64,000 nucleotides of DNA from an uncultured Actinomycetes bacterium (GTDB taxonomy: Bacteria; Chloroflexota; Dormibacteria; Aeolococcales; Aeolococcaceae): contig CAZCJX010000001.1 in assembly GCA_964499205.1 (NCBI GenBank), positions 52,969 through 116,968 on the forward strand, in the 5' to 3' direction. Position 1 is the first letter of the stretch, and every line of letters starts with the position of its first letter. Below, piece after piece: positions 1 through 8,515 of the stretch. A program made the translations under genes and the position numbers. The notes beneath the pieces are model-generated. The model saw nothing but the letters and a program-made list of their open reading frames with translations. It had not been told where the DNA came from and did no database searches.

Positions 1-1
1 C

Positions 2-1015
2 TGCGGATCCTCGGCCCTGCCCCCCACCGTCTACCGCGCCACCCAGGGCGGCTGCCCCACCACCTACGCGGGGCACGCCAGCGGCCACAACGTGGTCACC
101 GTGGACTGCAACGGCGTCACCACCCAGTCCGGCATCGTGGGCCAGACCACGATCCAGACCATGCCGCTCTACATGTCCACTCCGTCGACCACCTTCGTGC
201 GCAGCGACCTGCGCAATGCCTACTCCTGGTCGACACCGCCCAGCGACGTTCCCTGGGCGGGCCGCGACTTCATGGTCACCCACGTCCCCGGCGAGCCCTA
301 TGTGCTGGCCGTGAGCGACGCGCTGGACGTCAACAACGCCCTGCACGACTGGTGCTGGACGCTGCACACGTCCATCGAGAACACCGTCGCCCTGACCGGG
401 ACCCAGACCTTCCTGGTGCGCAGCCCCAACGGTGTCTCCATGTCCGGAGCGGTGACCAGCCCCTCGGGGACGGCACCGCTGAACCTCCCCGAGCTCACCG
501 TCCAGCCCCAGGTCAACGAATTCGACCAGCCCGTCGAGCAGTGGGTCTTCTCGCAGCAGGTGCGCCAGACCCCGAGCTACGACAGCCTGGGCGTTCTGGC
601 CGTGGGTGGCATCAACGGCGCGGCGCCGGGTGTCTCGGTGCTGACCGCCACCGGCGGCTCGGTGGTCGACGTCACCTGGAGCGGCGGCGAGATGCTGGTT
701 GGCTCGCTGAAGCACGGGGCCACCTCGCTCTCCTCGACGCGGGTGCAGAGCGACGGCGCCTTCGCCCAGGCCACGGTGGGCCGGGGTGAGGAGGTGCTCG
801 ACCTGGGCAGCAGCCTGGTGGTCGACGGCGTCACCGTGGTCTCCATCGCAGGTGGGCCGGCGAGCGTCGCGGTCAGCGGGGGAGTGGCCACGGCGAGCGG
901 CCCGGCGGGCGCCGTCTACACGGTGTACGCCCCGAGCGGCTTGACGTCGGCGACGGTCAACGGCAGCGCGGTGACCACCTGCGCCATCGGCTCCACCGTC
1001 AAGTTCCCCTGTTGA
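2..1015 (+). CDS. heparinase II/III-like polysaccharide lyase family protein, C-terminal part (5' end outside window)
   Basis: The frame is open from nt 2, with no stop before the listed GTG at 92. The sequence is paralogous to the C-terminal half of the next gene (HNVVTVD/HNVILVD, YVLAVSD/VLLAVSD, WTLHT/WQMHT, shared Y.VY.PS...TVNG.AVT C-terminus). Confidence 0.7.
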   Translation, partial: CGSSALPPTVYRATQGGCPTTYAGHASGHNVVTVDCNGVTTQSGIVGQTTIQTMPLYMSTPSTTFVRSDLRNAYSWSTPPSDVPWAGRDFMVTHVPGEPYVLAVSDALDVNNALHDWCWTLHTSIENTVALTGTQTFLVRSPNGVSMSGAVTSPSGTAPLNLPELTVQPQVNEFDQPVEQWVFSQQVRQTPSYDSLGVLAVGGINGAAPGVSVLTATGGSVVDVTWSGGEMLVGSLKHGATSLSSTRVQSDGAFAQATVGRGEEVLDLGSSLVVDGVTVVSIAGGPASVAVSGGVATASGPAGAVYTVYAPSGLTSATVNGSAVTTCAIGSTVKFPC

Positions 1016-1038
1016 ACGGGCCACGGAAGGAAGGAATC

Positions 1039-3441
1039 ATGACCCAGCTCCGCAGTCGCGCCAGGGTGCGCATCATGCTCGCCGCCGCCGTCGGCCTGGT
1101 GGCCGCCGCGGTGTTCCCCTCCGGGACGGCACCGCGTGCGGTCGCCGCCGCCGCGGCGCATCCCCGCCTCCTCTTCAGCCAGACCGACGTGCCCGCGATG
1201 CAGAGCAAGGTGACCAGCGGCGTGGCGTCGCAGGCGTGGCACGTGGTGCTGACCGAGGCCAAGGAGCTGAGCGATCCCACCAGTCCCCTCTACGTCAACC
1301 CGGCCAACGTCAGCAATCCCAACGACTACAACGGGCAGAACCAGATGCCCGCGTACCTCGAGGACATGGCCTTCGCGTCGGTGATCAGCGGCGATCCCAC
1401 CTACGGGCAGCACGCCATCGACGTGATGAAAGCGCTGGGAGCGGCGGGCTGGCCGGCGTGGAACGGCAACGCGCTGGGCAAGGGTGACCTGCTGCGCGGC
1501 GTCGGCCTCGCCTTCGACTGGACCTACACCATCATGTCGGCGGCCGACCGCAGCACCATCGTCAACAGCATGACCCAGCACGAGCAGTACCTCTTCGGCA
1601 TCACCACCGAGGGCGGCGCGCCGGCGTCACCCGGCAGCAACTGGATGGGGGTGTCGTCGGGCGGCGCGGGGCTGGCGCTGCTGGCCCTGGACGGCGAGGC
1701 CGGCGCGCCCGCCGACCTCAGCACCCAGCTCAACAACGCGTCGAGCCGCATCAACACCTACTTCGGCTCCTTCGACCCCGGCGGCGCCTGGGGCGAGGGC
1801 TGGCTGTACGGCAACTACGGGATGCGCAACGCGCTGCCCTTCGCTCTCGCCTACAACCGCGCCGGCTACGGTGACCTGATCGGCGCCAACCCGCGCATCA
1901 AGTCGATGCGCAACTGGGGCTCCTACGAGCTGATCCCCGGCGACCGCTACGGCATGATCCCGCTCAACGACTCGCCCACCGACACCGGCGACGACGAGCT
2001 GCCCGAGCTCTTCTTCGCGCTCAACCCGGGCGACCCGCAGGACGGCTGGTTCTGGACCCAGACGGTCGGCCCCAACGGCGTCGACGAGTACAACCCGGCG
2101 CGCAACCAGTACTACGCCGGCGCCAAGAACTGCGTGTACCCGACCACCAACCCGGCCTCGGCCGCGCTCTGCCTCGAGTCCAACGCGCCTGTCTACAACA
2201 TCATCTACAACACCGTCGACAGCTCCACCTCGGCGACGCCCGACGGCGTGCTGCCCTACTCGACGTGGTTCCAGCAGCGCGGCCTGGTCGACGCGCGCAC
2301 CGGCTGGTCGCACGGTGGCAACGATTTCGCCAGCACCTTCGAGGCGCACCGCGGACCGGCGGGCCACTGGCAGGAGGACGCCGGGCAGTTCACCCTGTAC
2401 GGCATGGGCACCGCGTGGGCGGTGGACTCCGGATATGGCCACAACTACTCGTGCACCTCGGTGACGGTGATCGTCGAGGGCGGCGGCTCCTGCCCCTACA
2501 CCGACCAGGGCACCGCCGACGGCCACAACGTCATCCTCGTCGACGGCTCGGCGCTGACCCAGCAGTCGATGAACGGCGCCACCACGCTGCAGACCATGAC
2601 CACGCAGCTCACCGGCCCCGACTTCGCCTACGCGCTGGCCGACACCCGCTACCAGTTCGGCGAGCCGCTCACCGCGCCGTACGCCTGGCGCCACTGGATG
2701 CTCGACACCGCGCCGGGACGTCCGGTGCTGCTCGCCGTGTCCGACAGCATGCAGAAGGACAGTGCGCAGCACACCTGGGTGTGGCAGATGCACACCGACG
2801 CAGCCAACGCGGTCGGCGTGGCCGGGCCCAACTTCACCATCACCGGACCCACCGGCGCGACCATGACCGGACTCAACGAGGTCGGCGGCAACCCGATGGT
2901 CAATGCCACGCCCCCGCTGGGCCTGTCGGCGTCGTACCCGCTGCCGGGCGGCCGTCCCTTCGCCATGACCGTGCTCAAGGAGGAGGCCTTCTTCCAGTCG
3001 CTCGCGGTCGACCACCTCAGCGTGATGGCGGTGGTCGCGCCCGGCCAGCTGCCCGCCACGCTGAGCACTCTGCAGGTGGGCGGCGGCAACGCGGTCGACG
3101 TGTCGTGGAACAACGTGCACGACGTCGTCGGCGCTGCGGTGCACGGCTCGACGCGCACCTCCGGGGCGAACCTCGACACCGACGGCGCCTTCTTCAAGTT
3201 CACCCAGGGCATGTGCGAGACGGTGCTGCGCCAGGGCACCAAGCTCTCCGGCTACGGGCAGGACTACGTGGTGGTCACCGGCGGTGCCTCCGACGTCACC
3301 TGCGGCGGCGGCGCGATCAGCGCGACGGGGACGGCGGGCAACACCTACAAGGTGTACTCGCCGAGCGATCCCAGCAGCGTCACGGTGAACGGCACCGCTG
3401 TCACCTGGACCCGCTCCGGGAGCTACGTGACCTTCTCGTGA
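1039..3441 (+). CDS. secreted heparinase II/III-like polysaccharide lyase family protein
   Basis: ATG 1039 is preceded by GGAAGGAAGGA. N-terminal signal peptide (RSRARVRIMLAAAVGLVAAAVFPSGTAPRAVAAAAA). Overall sequence recognised as heparinase II/III-like. The PL family is not resolved. Confidence 0.8.
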   Translation: MTQLRSRARVRIMLAAAVGLVAAAVFPSGTAPRAVAAAAAHPRLLFSQTDVPAMQSKVTSGVASQAWHVVLTEAKELSDPTSPLYVNPANVSNPNDYNGQNQMPAYLEDMAFASVISGDPTYGQHAIDVMKALGAAGWPAWNGNALGKGDLLRGVGLAFDWTYTIMSAADRSTIVNSMTQHEQYLFGITTEGGAPASPGSNWMGVSSGGAGLALLALDGEAGAPADLSTQLNNASSRINTYFGSFDPGGAWGEGWLYGNYGMRNALPFALAYNRAGYGDLIGANPRIKSMRNWGSYELIPGDRYGMIPLNDSPTDTGDDELPELFFALNPGDPQDGWFWTQTVGPNGVDEYNPARNQYYAGAKNCVYPTTNPASAALCLESNAPVYNIIYNTVDSSTSATPDGVLPYSTWFQQRGLVDARTGWSHGGNDFASTFEAHRGPAGHWQEDAGQFTLYGMGTAWAVDSGYGHNYSCTSVTVIVEGGGSCPYTDQGTADGHNVILVDGSALTQQSMNGATTLQTMTTQLTGPDFAYALADTRYQFGEPLTAPYAWRHWMLDTAPGRPVLLAVSDSMQKDSAQHTWVWQMHTDAANAVGVAGPNFTITGPTGATMTGLNEVGGNPMVNATPPLGLSASYPLPGGRPFAMTVLKEEAFFQSLAVDHLSVMAVVAPGQLPATLSTLQVGGGNAVDVSWNNVHDVVGAAVHGSTRTSGANLDTDGAFFKFTQGMCETVLRQGTKLSGYGQDYVVVTGGASDVTCGGGAISATGTAGNTYKVYSPSDPSSVTVNGTAVTWTRSGSYVTFS

Positions 3442-5249
3442 TCGACCGGGAAGTACACGCTGTAGCGCTCGTCGGTGATCTCGTGCAGCGGCACCAGGCG
3501 GATTGACCGTTCCTGACCGACTGTTCGGTAGCGGGTGTTCCAGCGGTCCCACTCGCGCTCGTCGTCGAGGGCGAGGAAGCTGCCGGGATCATCGACGTCG
3601 CCGCGCAGGCGAACCTCCTCGTCGCACAGCCCGGCCAGCGCCACCGGGCCGTCGATGAAGGCAACCGTTCCCGGCCGCCCCGCCAGCGGCTCGGCGACCA
3701 GGCGACGCGGCAGGCGCACGGTGACGGTGTCGTGCTGCCAGCTGCGGGCCAGCGGCAGGAAGCTCGACGCCGCGCCGGCGCGCGGCCGCTCGCCGGCGAC
3801 GCCGATCTCCGCGTCGCCGGCCACCCACCAGGGGACGCGAATGCGCAGAGTGAAGTCGACGGGTCGCTCCGCCGCGACGGTGATCCGGTAGGTGGCCGAG
3901 TCGGGCCGTCCCACGCCGACGTCCTGGCTGACGTCGACACGCCCCGAACCGTCGGGGGCGGCGCTGGCGCCGACGACCTCCTCCAGGGTGACGGTGACCG
4001 CCACGCCGTCGCGCCGCCAGTCGAGTCGGGTGGGCACGTACTCGGCGAGCACCAGGCCGTCGTCGTCCTCGTACCAGGTCTGCGTGCCGTGCAGCGAATG
4101 CGCCTGCACCAGTGAGCCGTGGCAGCAGAAGAAGCTCTCGGTGCGCGTGCCCCAGTCCTTGGTGGCGCCGGGCCGCATCGGCAGGTAGTAGCAGACCATG
4201 CCGGTGACGCGGTGCTGCTGGGCGAGGATGCCGTTCCAGAGGGTGCGCTCACGGTAATCGGCGTACGTCGGGTCGCCGGTCCAGCGCAGCAGGTGCTCGG
4301 CGAGGCGGCGCATGTTGTAGACCATGCAGTGCTCCTGCGTGGTGATGCCCATGCGCACCGGCAGCCGTCCCGGCGGCACCCAGAACTCACCCGCGGACTG
4401 CCCCCCGGTGACCCACTGCTCGCGCTCCTCCACAGCGCAGCGCCAGTAGGCGAGCGCGGCGGCGCGGTAGTGGTCCTCGCCGGTGGCCTCGTAGGCGCGG
4501 GCGACGCCGCACGCTTCGGGGATGGAGGTGTTGGCGTGGCGGTTGGACAGCACGTCGCGACCGGCGACGAGGGCGTCGAACTGGCTGCGCCGGTAATAGC
4601 GTTCCATCAGCTCGCGGTCGCGCGGCTTGCCGGTGACCGCGAACAACCCCGCCCACACGCCCATCATGTGTCCGCATTCCAGATCGACCAGCGCGGCCAT
4701 GTCGGCGGCGCTCCGCTGTCCGGTCCAGCGATGCATCCAGTCGGCCATGCGCTCCAGCACGTCGAGCGCCTGCTCGCTGCCGAGCAGCAGGTGGGCGTCG
4801 AGCAGGCCGCTGAGCGTCTTCTCGACCACGTACTGGGCGGCCCAGGTGGGCTGCCCGCGGGCGGCGCGCTCGAGGTAGGTGGGAGGGATCGAGGACAGCC
4901 ATTCGCCGCCGGCCTCCCGCTGGCAGCGGGCCAGCTCGGCGACAGCCCACTCCGCCTTGCCGCGCAGCTCGGCGTCGCCCGTCGCCGCGGCCACCTGGGC
5001 GGCGGCGGAGAGCCAGTGGCCGGTGAAGTGGCCGCGCACCAGCGAGGTGGGCAGCTCCCAGCCGCCGTGCAGATCGTCGAGCGCCATGGGCGCCTGCAGG
5101 CCCGCTTCGAGGTGGAAGTTCTGCAGCAGGCGCTGGGTGCGCAGCTCGGCGAGGTAGGTCCGGTTGAGGCCGTGCCGCTCGGCGAAGATCGACGGCAGCA
5201 GACGCGCGGGCGCCAGGCGGCGCAGCGACGTGACCGAGGCAGTTGTCAT
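3423..5249 (-). CDS. GH127 (DUF1680) beta-L-arabinofuranosidase family protein
   Basis: Start moved to ATG 5249 (TTG 5261 is the alternative). GHFTGHWLSA motif, an E-x-C motif (TQEHCMVYN) and a CC motif (FFCCHGS), as in the Zn/Cys site of HypBA1-type enzymes. Confidence 0.85.
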   Translation of the reverse strand: MTTASVTSLRRLAPARLLPSIFAERHGLNRTYLAELRTQRLLQNFHLEAGLQAPMALDDLHGGWELPTSLVRGHFTGHWLSAAAQVAAATGDAELRGKAEWAVAELARCQREAGGEWLSSIPPTYLERAARGQPTWAAQYVVEKTLSGLLDAHLLLGSEQALDVLERMADWMHRWTGQRSAADMAALVDLECGHMMGVWAGLFAVTGKPRDRELMERYYRRSQFDALVAGRDVLSNRHANTSIPEACGVARAYEATGEDHYRAAALAYWRCAVEEREQWVTGGQSAGEFWVPPGRLPVRMGITTQEHCMVYNMRRLAEHLLRWTGDPTYADYRERTLWNGILAQQHRVTGMVCYYLPMRPGATKDWGTRTESFFCCHGSLVQAHSLHGTQTWYEDDDGLVLAEYVPTRLDWRRDGVAVTVTLEEVVGASAAPDGSGRVDVSQDVGVGRPDSATYRITVAAERPVDFTLRIRVPWWVAGDAEIGVAGERPRAGAASSFLPLARSWQHDTVTVRLPRRLVAEPLAGRPGTVAFIDGPVALAGLCDEEVRLRGDVDDPGSFLALDDEREWDRWNTRYRTVGQERSIRLVPLHEITDERYSVYFPVDHEKVT

Positions 5250-5299
5250 CCCGTCTCCCAAAAGGTTAGAGAATCTTACTTATTGCCGCGAAGGCTGGC

Positions 5300-5305
5300 T
5301 AGAAT
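5300..5305 (+). promoter_or_regulatory. -10 hexamer TAGAAT, 6 nt before GTG 5312 (leaderless-type promoter)
   Basis: TAGAAT-gccgcc-GTG with no SD, inside an AT-rich island in a GC-rich background. Confidence 0.55.
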
Positions 5306-5311
5306 GCCGCC

Positions 5312-7525
5312 GTGAGCGACGAAGTCGAGGACGGGTACGCGGCGGCCGCCGAGGCGTCGTCGCTGACCGCATCGCCCACCCTGCAGCGGCTCCAGGAGGC
5401 GGTGCCGCTGTTCGCCCAGCCCGGGCGCGTCGCCCGCCGGGTCGTCGGCTGCGCCGGCGTGACCCGGACCCCCGGCGGCGCCAGCCTCGACCTGCTCGTC
5501 GAGGGCGGCGGGCGCGCTCACCTGCGCGTCGAGGCCACGCGCAGCGGCTCGCTGCACCTGCAGTGGCGCTGTCCCGCCGAGGCTCCGCTGCCGGTGTCGG
5601 AGCACGATGGGATGCTCGGCGAGGGCGCCGCGGCAGACGCCGGCGCCGAGGTGGTCGCCGACTCCGCACAGGTGATCGTCACCACCGCGCAGGCTCGCTT
5701 CACCCTGGATCCCGCCACGCTGTCGTGGACGCTGTCCCGGCCCGACGGCACGCTGCGCACCAGGCAGCGCAGCGACGAAGCCGACTTCACCACCCGGCTC
5801 GCCGAGCCCCTGGGCACGTCGGGCGGTGAGGGCCTGCGCACCTGGTCGCACGAGTCATTCGCCCTGCGTCCCGACGAGCGCTTCTACGGCCTCGGCCAGC
5901 AGTTCACCGCGCTGCAGCGTCGCGGCGCGCGCACCGTGCTGTGGAACCAGGACGCGATGGGGTGCAACGCCTCACCGGTGACCTACCACGGCACGCCGTT
6001 CCTCTGGTCGAGCGCCGGCTGGGGGGTGGTGGTGCACAGCGGCGGACGAGTGGCGTTCGAGGTCGGCACGCCGATGCACGACACGCTCACCGTCGCGGCG
6101 GAGGGAGGTGTCCTCGACATCCACCTGCTGGTCGCCGACTCCCCGCGCGAGATGCTGCGCAGCTTCTACGCGCTGGCGGGCCCGGTCCCGTCCATCCCCG
6201 CCTGGGCGCTGGGCATCTGGATGTCGCGCTGCATGTACGACACCGCGGCCCAGGTCGAGGAGGTGGTCGAGCGACTCGACGCGGTGGGCATGCCGTACGA
6301 CGTCGTCAACCTGGATCCGCGTTGGATGCACGTGCATCGCGACTTCGACGGCCGGCTGGGTAGCGACTTCCGCTGGAACGAGGCGGGCTTCGGCGATCCG
6401 CGGGCGTTCATGGCCGCGATGTCGCAGCGCGCGCTGCGCGTCTGCCTCTGGGAGAACCCGCACCCGTTTCCCGGCACGCCGACGTGGTCGCGCCTGGAGG
6501 CGGCGCAGGGACTGGCCGGCGACGACGGCGGCGGCGTGGCCTGGTCGCCGGAGGCCGCGGGGTGCGGCGCCATCGTCGACTTCACCAGCCCGGACGCGGT
6601 GCGTGAGTGGTCGGCAGCGCATGCGGAGCTGATCGGCCTGGGCGCTGCCGCGTTCAAGACCGACTTCGGCGAGGCCGTTCCCGACGCCGCGCGATTCGCC
6701 GACGGTCGCAGCGGGACCGACATCCACAACCTCTACGCGCTGCTCTACAACCGCGCCACCGCCGAGGCGATGCGCGACGCCGGGGTCGAGGAGCCAGTGG
6801 TGTTCGCGCGCTCCGGGTGGCTCGGCTCGCACCGCCATCCCGTGCACTGGTCGGGCGACGCGCGCAGCACCTGGGAGGACATGCGCGGCGCGCTGCGCAG
6901 CGGGCTGAGCGCGGCGCTCAGCGGGCTGGGCTTCTGGGGCTCGGACATCGGCGGCTTCTACCAGCCCGGCTGGGGCGTTCCCGACGACGAGCTGTACGCG
7001 CGGTGGGCCTGGCTGGGCTGCCTGTCCGCGGTGGCGCGCTTCCACGGCACCTCACCGCGCGAGCCGTACGCCTTCGCCGCGGAGGCACGCGACGCCGCCG
7101 TCGCTGCTGCGCGCCTGCGCTACGCGCTGCTCCCGTACCTGGTTGCACAGCAGCCGCGCGGGCGCGTCGACGACCTGCCGCTGATGCGTCCCCTCATGCT
7201 CGGCTGGCCTGAGCACCCCGAGGTGTACGACGAGGCCACCGAATACCTGCTCGGTGACAACCTCCTCGCCGCGCCGGTGCTCGAACCCGGCGGTCGCCGT
7301 CGCGTCTGGCTGCCGCCCGGAGAGTGGGGCGATTGGTGGACGGGCGAGGTGCGCAGCGGTCCGACCCACGTCGAGGTCGCGGTGCCGCTCGACCGGTGTC
7401 CCATCTGGCAGCGCGCCGGCACGGCGATTCCCCTCGCGGTTGCGCCGGCGCGCCGTGCCGGCGAGGCGATGCGCGCGCCGCGGCGCCACAAGCGACACGA
7501 CGAGCCGTACCCGCCGCCGTCCTGA
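5312..7525 (+). CDS. GH31 alpha-glycosidase (alpha-xylosidase/alpha-glucosidase type)
   Basis: 737-aa ORF with the GH31 motifs FKTDFGE (nucleophile region) and HWSGD (acid/base region). GTG start sits 6 nt after TAGAAT. Confidence 0.9.
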   Translation: MSDEVEDGYAAAAEASSLTASPTLQRLQEAVPLFAQPGRVARRVVGCAGVTRTPGGASLDLLVEGGGRAHLRVEATRSGSLHLQWRCPAEAPLPVSEHDGMLGEGAAADAGAEVVADSAQVIVTTAQARFTLDPATLSWTLSRPDGTLRTRQRSDEADFTTRLAEPLGTSGGEGLRTWSHESFALRPDERFYGLGQQFTALQRRGARTVLWNQDAMGCNASPVTYHGTPFLWSSAGWGVVVHSGGRVAFEVGTPMHDTLTVAAEGGVLDIHLLVADSPREMLRSFYALAGPVPSIPAWALGIWMSRCMYDTAAQVEEVVERLDAVGMPYDVVNLDPRWMHVHRDFDGRLGSDFRWNEAGFGDPRAFMAAMSQRALRVCLWENPHPFPGTPTWSRLEAAQGLAGDDGGGVAWSPEAAGCGAIVDFTSPDAVREWSAAHAELIGLGAAAFKTDFGEAVPDAARFADGRSGTDIHNLYALLYNRATAEAMRDAGVEEPVVFARSGWLGSHRHPVHWSGDARSTWEDMRGALRSGLSAALSGLGFWGSDIGGFYQPGWGVPDDELYARWAWLGCLSAVARFHGTSPREPYAFAAEARDAAVAAARLRYALLPYLVAQQPRGRVDDLPLMRPLMLGWPEHPEVYDEATEYLLGDNLLAAPVLEPGGRRRVWLPPGEWGDWWTGEVRSGPTHVEVAVPLDRCPIWQRAGTAIPLAVAPARRAGEAMRAPRRHKRHDEPYPPPS

Positions 7526-7553
7526 GACGGCGCCCACCCCACGTGGCGGCTGA

Positions 7554-8471
7554 TCAGCCTGGTGTGGCTGCCGAGTGGGCTGCCTCGGACGTGCGACCGT
7601 TTGCGCTGCCGCCCGCCGCCTCGCGGTACGGTGTCATGTCCATCGCCGGGTAGCGGGCGGCGACGCCGGCGAGCGTCTGCTCGGTCCAGTAGGCGTGCCC
7701 GGGGGGCGGGAAGCCGATCAGGTTGCGCTGCCGAACCGTGGCACGCTGGATGAAGGCGGCCATGTTGGGGTCGAGGCCGCTGTAGGGCAGGGCGCGCCAG
7801 CCCATCCACTCGCAGCCCGCCTGGCGGTACACGTTGTGGAAGGTGAGCCGCCAGCCCTGGCTGCCGGTGAAGGCGCTGCCGCGGTGATAGGTGCGCATGT
7901 CGTAGAGGAAGATCGAGCCGGCTTTGGCCAGAACTGGGAACTCGTGGGCGTAGATCTCGGGGTGCTGGTCTCGCGGCAGCCGCTCGGGGACCATGGTCCG
8001 TCCCCGCGTGTGCTCGCGAGAGACGGCGTAGGTCGGCCCGGTGGACTCGGTGACATCCTCCAGGTAGAGGATGCTGGCCACGTGGCCGAACACCGCGTCG
8101 TCGGACGGATAGGCCAGGGTGTTGTTGTAGTAGTCGACGTGCAGCTCCTGCTCGACGTCGCCGCGGCCCGGGTACTTGGCCCAGAGCAGCGACTGGGTGA
8201 GCATCAGCTCGCTGGTCGCCAGCGCCCGCTCCACGAAGGAAACCAGGTCGGGGTGGGTGGCGATGTCGTTGAGCGGCGCGTCGACGAAGGGCAGCTCGTG
8301 CTGCAGCGACATGTGGGCGTAGCGGCCGCGACCGCGTTGCCACTCGTCGGCGTCGGGGAAGTAGTGCAGTGCGTTGCGCCGCGCCGCGTCGAGCTCCTCG
8401 GGGCTGAGCAGCGGGGCGATCACGTAGCCGTGGCGCCGCCAGTGGTCGACGTGCTCGTCGGAGATGTGCAT
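7554..8471 (-). CDS. phytanoyl-CoA dioxygenase (PhyH) family Fe(II)/2-oxoglutarate oxygenase
   Basis: True start ATG 8471 (MHISDEHVDHWRRHGY). HxD (ELHVDYY) plus distal His (TYHRG). The upstream 200 aa of the 507-aa ORF are Arg/Pro-rich read-through and are not counted. Confidence 0.8.
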   Translation of the reverse strand: MHISDEHVDHWRRHGYVIAPLLSPEELDAARRNALHYFPDADEWQRGRGRYAHMSLQHELPFVDAPLNDIATHPDLVSFVERALATSELMLTQSLLWAKYPGRGDVEQELHVDYYNNTLAYPSDDAVFGHVASILYLEDVTESTGPTYAVSREHTRGRTMVPERLPRDQHPEIYAHEFPVLAKAGSIFLYDMRTYHRGSAFTGSQGWRLTFHNVYRQAGCEWMGWRALPYSGLDPNMAAFIQRATVRQRNLIGFPPPGHAYWTEQTLAGVAARYPAMDMTPYREAAGGSANGRTSEAAHSAATPG

Positions 8472-8515
8472 GGTCTGCGGAGTTTGGCAGAAATGTTGCC
8501 TAACGGCAAGAGCGT

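Noticed and set aside
5262-5311. Recurrent GGT(A/T)AG words in AT-rich spacers (5266, 12189, 20661, 28363, 56182) as a shared transcription-factor motif
   Set aside because: Most copies are explained as parts of -10 hexamers read on one or the other strand (TAAGAT, TAAGAAT/TATTCT, TAAGTAT). No consistent spacing or symmetry supports a separate operator.
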